NCBI RefSeq assembly: GCF_030028105.1
Contig: NC_092383.1
Coordinates: 66,167,426-66,231,425, forward strand
Origin: Mobula birostris
Lineage: Eukaryota
Direction of reading: 5' to 3'
DNA: 64,000 nucleotides
Part shown: piece by piece, positions 59,001 to 64,000 of the stretch
Layout: the number at the start of each line of letters is the position of its first letter
Numbering within the stretch: position 1 is the stretch's first letter
The notes under the pieces: model-generated
What the model saw: the letters and a program-made list of their open reading frames with translations, nothing else
Databases searched by the model: none
What the model was told of the DNA's origin: nothing
Made by a program: the position numbers and the translations under genes

Positions 59001-59422
59001 TGACTTGGAAAGAGGATCCCGAAACTACCAGTACTCACCCCTGGCCCATCGGTGGCCGTGTAGTCGATAGTGACTTCCAGCTGGTCCCCCGGGTGACAAG
59101 GGCCGGGCAGAGTGAGCACCAGGATGGAGCCGTAGCTGGTGAACGGCTGCGTCTCATGGTGCAGGGGGACAGAGGGGGAGCCGGCGCCGCCGCACTTAGC
59201 CCGGACAGCGTGCACGCTGAGGCTGGCGTGGGTGTCCAGCCGAAGCTGCCCGCCCTCGGGCCGCAAGCAGCTCAGCTCCAGCACGGCGCGGCCCTCCAGC
59301 CGCCGCTGACCGAAGTCGACTCGCAGCTCTAAGTGCAGATGCCGCACACGGAAGCTCTGAAAACTGGAGGCGGTGGACGTGTCTGTTGTTCGCGCCGACC
59401 CCAGCTGAAGCTCCGCCGCCAT
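25924..59422 (-). CDS. RNPEP: Arginyl aminopeptidase (aminopeptidase B), M1 zinc metallopeptidase, whole gene span (11 exons, 627 aa)
   Basis: Eleven GT-AG exons total 1884 nt with consistent phases. Motifs GGMEN, HEISH-x18-E and TPYEKG are present. [24 protein letters not shown] fits RNPEP rather than LTA4H or RNPEPL1. Adjacent to TIMM17A, as in human. Confidence 0.95.
26105..27947 (-). mobile_element. CR1 LINE 3' half (RT domain and tail)
   Basis: ORFs 26820-27920, 26461-26949 and 26069-26464: [29 protein letters not shown]; (TTCTATG)n tail at ~26105-26120. Confidence 0.95.
27948..33615 (-). mobile_element. Full-length (5.67 kb) degenerate L1-clade LINE
   Basis: 7-bp TSD CAGCCCC (27941-47, 33616-22); 5' end GGGGACGTCAC; ORF1 remnants ([23 protein letters not shown]); ORF2 remnants (SFNVNGL, LQETH, SDH, QGCPLSP, FADD); A-rich tail. 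Confidence 0.93.
33616..35495 (-). mobile_element. CR1 LINE 5' half (esterase-type ORF1 and endonuclease)
   Basis: [10 protein letters not shown]...DGLHLN (SGNH esterase); [23 protein letters not shown]; continuous with 26105-27947 across the L1 TSD. Confidence 0.93.
36073..36215 (-). CDS. RNPEP: RNPEP exon 10
   Basis: tag|[47 protein letters not shown]|gtatat. Confidence 0.94.
36647..36871 (-). CDS. RNPEP: RNPEP exon 9
   Basis: cag|[20 protein letters not shown]...[21 protein letters not shown]|gtattt. Confidence 0.94.
37136..37244 (-). CDS. RNPEP: RNPEP exon 8
   Basis: cag|[36 protein letters not shown]|gtaatg. Confidence 0.94.
38227..38339 (-). CDS. RNPEP: RNPEP exon 7
   Basis: cag|[37 protein letters not shown]|gtaaga. 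Confidence 0.95.
38486..38789 (-). mobile_element. tRNA-derived CORE-type SINE
   Basis: A box TGGCCAAGTGG (38782-38772), B box GTTCGAGCC (38737-38729), CORE-like GTGTCCTTGAGCAAGGCACTTAACC. Confidence 0.8.
38858..39075 (+). mobile_element. V-SINE (HE1-like) 3' fragment
   Basis: ccacatcctaaaaacatgcaggttgacaggttaactgg...gtaagtttcccctggtgtg; CR1-like tail gatgggctgaaat. Confidence 0.65.
39468..39581 (-). CDS. RNPEP: RNPEP exon 6
   Basis: cag|[37 protein letters not shown]|gtgaga. Confidence 0.95.
39830..41035 (+). mobile_element. Two old Rex1-like LINE 3' fragments
   Basis: Similarity to 9470-10250; tail attaaacaatcttgaatct; includes a (TA)n tract. Confidence 0.65.
40915..40939. repeat. (TA)n microsatellite
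   Basis: About 12 TA units. Confidence 0.9.
41228..41325 (+). mobile_element. Old Penelope terminal-repeat fragment
   Basis: gtgatgaagggtcttcaccatgaaagg...gatgctgcttgac...ccagcattt. Confidence 0.55.
42079..42314 (-). CDS. RNPEP: RNPEP exon 5 (catalytic GXMEN and HEXXH-x18-E)
   Basis: aag|[19 protein letters not shown]...[39 protein letters not shown]|gtatgg. Confidence 0.97.
42640..42975 (-). mobile_element. CR1 3' end fragment
   Basis: agaacatacagtacagcacaggaataggctcttcagcc tail, as at 26110-26150. Confidence 0.7.
43240..43610 (+). mobile_element. Probable RTE-type non-coding retroelement fragment
   Basis: ggcttagctactaagcc...ccttaaaaccag...ggagaaggaaaactctga resembles RTE 5' regions (recalled similarity only). 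Confidence 0.4.
44816..45549 (-). mobile_element. Tigger/pogo non-autonomous DNA transposon (MER2-like) with transposase N-terminal HTH
   Basis: TIRs CAGTCGGCCCTCCTCATCCGCG and CGCGGATAAGGAGGGCCGACTG, TA on both sides; ORF 45125-45403(-) MAP...[19 protein letters not shown]...[13 protein letters not shown]. Confidence 0.92.
46159..47003 (-). mobile_element. Penelope-like element (Neptune clade) 3' part with GIY-YIG endonuclease
   Basis: CKRNKCYTC linker, [33 protein letters not shown]...EHLRSV...GSLQPDGMN; terminal repeat with hammerhead remnant. Confidence 0.92.
48087..48148 (+). mobile_element. 62-bp Penelope terminal fragment
   Basis: tagatgctgcctggcctg...ttttgagtgtgtt flanked by 13-bp TSD CCTGGATAAAAAC (48074-86, 48149-61). 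Confidence 0.8.
48439..48724 (+). repeat. 5' LTR
   Basis: TGTGGCG...CGCTACA with internal AATAAA; followed by PBS TGGTGACCCCAACG at 48727-48740. Confidence 0.95.
50197..50482 (+). repeat. 3' LTR
   Basis: About 11 substitutions versus the 5' LTR by eye; preceded by poly-G PPT at 50182-50193. Confidence 0.95.
51106..51222 (-). CDS. RNPEP: RNPEP exon 4
   Basis: tag|[38 protein letters not shown](R)|gtaaat. Confidence 0.95.
51640..52630 (+). mobile_element. Old CR1 LINE RT fragment
   Basis: Degenerate PLFKKG, FDK, MEFNP, QLEY...ALERVQRRF remnants. Confidence 0.7.
52780..52931 (-). CDS. RNPEP: RNPEP exon 3
   Basis: cag|[11 protein letters not shown]...[22 protein letters not shown](R)|gttagt. 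Confidence 0.95.
53245..56745 (+). mobile_element. Rex1/Babar-type LINE split by an oppositely oriented Rex1 copy
   Basis: 53245-54261 ([25 protein letters not shown]) resumes at ~56195-56745 ([10 protein letters not shown]...[13 protein letters not shown], attaaacctgattctgattct tail). Confidence 0.85.
54262..56192 (-). mobile_element. Younger Rex1/Babar-type LINE, 5'-truncated
   Basis: 281-aa ORF 55087-55932 ([28 protein letters not shown]); tail AATAAAGTTGAATCTAATCTAA. Confidence 0.92.
57314..57454 (-). CDS. RNPEP: RNPEP exon 2
   Basis: tag|[47 protein letters not shown]|gtaagt. Confidence 0.95.
58055..58315 (-). mobile_element. Ancient DeuSINE-like remnant
   Basis: ttatattgtgccttttatgatctcaagaatatccaaaatgcttcac and cttggtttaacctcat resemble reverse DeuSINE tail and core (recalled similarity). 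Confidence 0.4.
59039..59422 (-). CDS. RNPEP: RNPEP exon 1
   Basis: [37 protein letters not shown]...DYTATDGPG|gtgagt; CpG-rich. Confidence 0.93.
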
Positions 59423-59665
59423 CGCTGCAACCTAGGAGACTGACACTCTGTCACAAGTTCCTCATCCGACCCGCCCTCCCGCGCATAGCCCCGCCCTTCT
59501 CCCCAAAGCCCCGCCCTCCTGCACATAGCCCCGCCCTTCTCCCCAAAGCCCCGCCCTTCTCCCCACAGTCCCGCCCCTTTCCTACATATCCCACCCTCTC
59601 ACCCAGAGGCCCCAGCCTTCTGCCCATAGCCCCACTCAGACTCCATGTAGCTCCACCCATCACTC
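59423..59665 (-). promoter_or_regulatory. RNPEP promoter with GC-box minisatellite
   Basis: 19-20 bp units AGCCCCGCCCTTCTCCCCAA repeated about 9 times (59468-59640), decaying away from the ATG; each good unit holds GGGCGG. Confidence 0.8.
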
Positions 59666-60279
59666 TGGGGTGTGTATGTTTTGTAATCATTCTGAAACAG
59701 TTGAACACATTCTTTTACAATGTGAAGCATACAAGGCTGAAAGAAAGCAAATGCAATCTGCATTACTATCTTTGAGGGTTGATAGTTTCCATTAAATCTT
59801 TACTAAGTAAAGGAGGTGACTTTAATTCACAATATTGTCTTTCATTATTTACAATCTATAGGGCTTTTGGGGGTAATTTAGTTTTCATTTGATAAAGAAC
59901 TAGTAGGAGTTTCATTTCCCAACTCACTACACCACACTCCAATCCAGTTGGTGGCAGAAATGCACCTTTCAGTTGGACTACCAACTGCCATTAAAACAGC
60001 CCCACCTGTTTCTGAATAGCCCTGCCCTTCCTACACCCAGCTCCATCTCCATGTAACCCTGCATGTCACCCATAGATCCAACACTTTCTCCCGATACCCA
60101 CCTTCACATGGTCCCACACTTCTCCAGCGGCTCCACCCCTTCTTGAGGTACCTTATCACCAATAGACCCCAGCTTTCCCCCTCCCTGTAGAGCCAGGGGC
60201 TCAGTGTAAATCCTACCCTAAACCTTGTCCTGTTTCCCCATGGACCCACCTTCACAGCAGATCTTTCCCCTCTGCGTAA

Positions 60280-62115
60280 GACTTTAAGACAGAGGAGCAG
60301 AATTAGTCCATTTGGCCTAGACCTAGAGCCTGCTCTGCCATTCCATCATGACTGATTTATTATCCCTCCATTCTCCTGCCATTTCCTGAATCAGGGAGGA
60401 GAAGATGGCAGCGCGACGCAGCGCACGCGGCCGTTCTAAGTGAATATCGATATGTGTAACTAGGGGCTGTGCACAATCCAGATTTGATGGGGACAGCTGT
60501 GAAGCGCAGAGGAACATCTGGAGAAACTTCTGAAATGCCTGCTTCGCTGCTGCTGCAACTGTGCGATTGAGAATCTCCGGAGACGAAGGCCCCAAATCTC
60601 CGGCTTTGTGTATCACCTGTTGCCGGGGCTGGGGTCGAAACACTCGGCAGAGATGGTGCTCGGTGCTCGGTGTCGAATAGGTGGTCGGAGGCTCGGAGTT
60701 TTTCGGACGGACTCGGAGTCGGACTGTGGTCGGATGCTTCCGGGATGCTGCACCGGCAAGTTGGCGGCGCTGGAGGTTTACCGTCTGTGTGAGATGATGG
60801 GACTTTCGAGAGACTCTGAGATTTTTACTGTGCCATGGTCTGTTCTTATCAAATTACGGTATTGCTTTGCACTGTTGTAACTATATGTTATAATTATGTG
60901 GTTTTTGTTAGTTTTTAAGTCGGTTTGTCATGTGTTTTCGTGATATCATTCTGGAAAAACATTTTTATCATTTCTTAATGCATGCATAACTAAATGACAA
61001 TAAAAGGGGACTGCATGTCCTCATAATCATAATCATAATAATCTCCCCTTAACCTTTGACGTCCTGATTAATCAAGAACCGATCAACCTCAGCCTAAAGT
61101 AACTTGGCCTGCATAGCCATCTGTGGCAATGAATTCCACGGATTCACCACCCTCTGGCTAAAGATTTTTTTCCTCATTTCTTTTCTGAATGGGCGTCCCT
61201 CTATTCTGAGGCTGTCCCGCCTAGTCCTAGACCCCCCCCCCCACTATAGGAATCATCCTCTCCACGTCCACTCTATCTAGGTCTTTCTATATTTGATAGG
61301 TTTCAATGAGAACCCCCCCTCATTCTTCTAAACTCCAGCGAGTACAATCCCAGAGCCATCAAATGCTCCTCATATGTTAATCCTTTCATTCATGGGATCA
61401 TCTTCATGAACCTCATCTGGACCCTCTCCAATGCCTGCACACCTTTTCTTAGATAAGGGGTCCAAATTGCTCGCAATGCTCCAAGTGTGGTCTGCCCAAT
61501 GCCTTATAAAGCCTCAGCATTATATCCTTGTTTTTGTATCTAGTCCTCTTAAAATGAATGCTAATATTGCATTTGCCTTCTTTACCACTGACTCAACCTG
61601 CAAGTTAACCTCCAGGGAATCCTGCACCAGAACTCCCAAGTCTCTTTGCACCACTGATTTTTGAAGTTTCTCACTACAGTATTTAGAAAATAGTCCACAC
61701 TTTTATTCTTTCTACCAACGTTTATGGCCATACACTTCCCTAAACTATACACTGTATTCCGTTCTCCACTTCATTTCCCATTATCCCAATCTGTCAAAGT
61801 CCTTCTGCAGACATCCTTCTTCCTCAACAATACCTGACCCTCCATTTATCTTTGTACCATCTGCAAACTTGGCCAAAAAGCCATCAATTCCTTCATCCAA
61901 ATCATTGACATATAACGTGGTAAGAAGTAGTCCCAAACACCAACCTCTGTGGAACACCACTCATAGCCACCCAGAAAAGACCCAGTTTATTCCCACTTTT
62001 TGCCTCCTGCCAATCAGCCAATCTTCCATCTATGCTAGTATCTTTCCTGTAATACAATGGGCTCTTACCTTGTTAGGCCGCCTTGTGTGCGGCACCTTGT
62101 CAAAGGCCTTCTGAA
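60280..62115 (-). mobile_element. CR1 LINE 3' part interrupted by a short retroelement
   Basis: Homologous to 20200-20840 and 26500-27230; tail taagactttaagac. Confidence 0.85.
60392..61043 (+). mobile_element. Young CpG-rich non-coding retroelement with (ATAATC)n tail
   Basis: Begins near AAGATGGCAGCGCG, ends AATAAA...cataatcataatcataataatc; splits the CR1 3' end. Confidence 0.7.
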
Positions 62116-62569
62116 AATAATATGATAGAATTCACCCGACATTTTGAGAGGAAGATGCTAAAGTCAAATGTATCAATATTGCAAGGGAGTAAAGAGGATT
62201 ACGGAGGCATGAGAGAGGAGCTGTTCAAAGTTGATTGAAAGGGGTCACTTGCAGGGATGATGGCGGACCAGCAATGGCTGGAGTTTCTGGAGGCAACCCC
62301 CATGCATATAAACCAGTTGGCATCTTCGGATGGGTGGGAACAGATTGGGACAAATCTAAATGCCTTCTCTCTCCACTCACCCTCCCCAATCTCCAACCCC
62401 TGCCTTCTCTCTGAGCTGCAATAACTGAGGGCTGTGAGTGCTGAGCAGAGTTACTCAGTCACTCAGTGAGCCAGTGAGGCCAGGTGACAGTCACTCTCCC
62501 TTCACAGCTGTTTCAATGATCCTCTCCATCACTGTTGTTTATTTCTTGCAAACAGCTCTTAGGTTAGGA

Positions 62570-63215
62570 TCAGTTCTCAGAAATCAAACCCTTTCGCAAC
62601 CTTAGACTTATTTTGAGTGGTTGTGGTATGGGGTAGCTGATGGGACAATAAAATGTGTTTGGGTAGAATTAGTATCAAAATGTGTTCGTCCATCGTCAAC
62701 ATCGATGAGGACCTCGACACCATTATGATGGTGTCGAAACCAGCGCGTGATTTGGATTTAAGTGAGGGAGAGTTGCGCAGCGTCAGCCTCACTCTCTCTT
62801 CCCAATTCCCATCTGGATCCAGTGGCAAGACAGAGTCAAGACAGCTGGAGATGGGACTAGGCACAGTGGATGACCAGGACATCTCCTGTGTCTTGTCCTG
62901 CCCTAGATGTTCCATGACGCTTGCAGAGACCGCCTTCTTGACCGTTGGACCTTCCATTGGTCTCATCTGCTCAATCTGCCGGAGTCTGTCTTCACATGCT
63001 GGGATAGACGTCTCCCTATCTCACCGAGGGTTTGAGACCGTCGGCTACCCTCACCTGGTTTAGCCAGCTTGTCGAAGCCGTTGCCCGGGGTGTGGCCGCT
63101 GTCGCATGCAGACAGCTACGGGGAGCCACAGGTGAGAGCTGAGTGCCAGGTGGGGACCAAAGCTGGACAAACCGCCTTGAAAAGGACGCGACATGTTCCC
63201 CCACCAGAGGTACTA
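62570..63215 (-). mobile_element. Probable RTE-derived non-autonomous element
   Basis: CpG-rich segment with RTE-5'UTR-like motifs (recalled similarity) and TAAGTCTAAG tail-like sequence; no credible ORF. Confidence 0.4.
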
Positions 63216-63483
63216 CCCCCTCCCTGACACCCCATACACCCCGTATCAAAATGAATACCTGATGGCTGACATGGTGTGCTAAAAGGCCTGCCCCGATGCT
63301 GTACTTCTCTCAGACTCCATGACTGGGCTGGCCCAAAGGGATTGAAGGAGATCACAGCAAAGGGAATGTGTGAAAGCTCAGAGTGTGGAGGCATATGAAG
63401 GAAGGGCCAGAACCATGTGGACAAAGAGTGAAGGGGACTGTGGAAGTTCAAGAAATGGAGGGAGAACATGGGCTTGAGTGAAG

Positions 63484-64000
63484 CTCAAAGTTCAAAGTAA
63501 AATTTATTATCAGTGTACATACATGTCATCACATACAATCCTCAGAGTCTTTGTCCTGTGGGCATACTTAGCAAATCTATAGTACAGTAACTGTAAACAG
63601 GATCAATAGACAACAAACTGTGCAAATGCAGATATAAATAAATAGCAATAAATAATCAGTGGGAAATAACAAGATAAAGAGTCCTTAAAGTGAGGCCATC
63701 GGTTGTGGGAACACCAGTAACAGAATGAGTATAGTGATCCCCTTTTGTTCAAGAGCCTGATGGCTGAGGGTAGAAACTGTTCTTGAACCTGGTGCTGTGA
63801 GTCCTGAGGCTCTACCTTCTACCTAATGGCAACAGCGAGAAAAAGATCATGGCCTGAGCGGTGAGGATCTTTGATGATGGAGGCTGCTTTTCTACGGCAA
63901 CTTTTCATGCCGATGTGCTCAGTGGATGGGAGGGTTTTACTCGTGATATATTGGGCCAAATCCATTTACCTTTTTGAAGGATTTTCCACTCAAAGGCATT
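63484..64000 (-). mobile_element. Rex1/Babar-type LINE 3' end (continues off window)
   Basis: Reverse complement of the 9790-10255 family; tail ataaattttactttgaactttga. Confidence 0.85.

Noticed and set aside
58826-59775. Plus-strand ORFs of 168 and 129 aa
   Set aside because: Antisense shadows of GC-rich RNPEP exon 1 and the promoter minisatellite; no recognisable domain.
62577-63469. ORFs of 117-136 aa on both strands
   Set aside because: They overlap a repeat-like segment and show no domain or splice-supported exon structure.

Overview
Eukaryotic (vertebrate) genomic DNA. The repeat content (CR1, Rex1/Babar, V-SINE, Neptune-type Penelope, Tc1) suggests a cartilaginous fish, probably a ray; this is inference. 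Two complete intron-containing housekeeping genes lie convergently. TIMM17A is on the + strand (6 coding exons, 2117-18447, 166 aa). RNPEP/aminopeptidase B is on the - strand (11 exons, 59422-25924, 627 aa). All introns are GT-AG and the reading phases join correctly. Most of the remaining sequence is decayed and often nested transposable elements. Points of most interest: (1) the TIMM17A promoter/first intron is built from tandem arrays of regulatory motifs (GC-box x6, GTCAC x5, and a ~46-bp repeat x4 each carrying AAGGTCA, an ERR-type site); (2) a Tigger element that closely resembles human MER2 as I recall it and retains a transposase N-terminus, a horizontal-transfer candidate; (3) an RT-deleted CsRn1-clade Gypsy element inside a Tc1; (4) a full-length L1 inside a CR1 in the last RNPEP intron; (5) fold-back Penelope insertions with damaged hammerhead-ribozyme cores; (6) an unexplained cluster of palindromes in RNPEP intron 4. 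No CRISPR array, rRNA or genuine tRNA gene was found. Repeat boundaries without a stated TSD or TIR are approximate.
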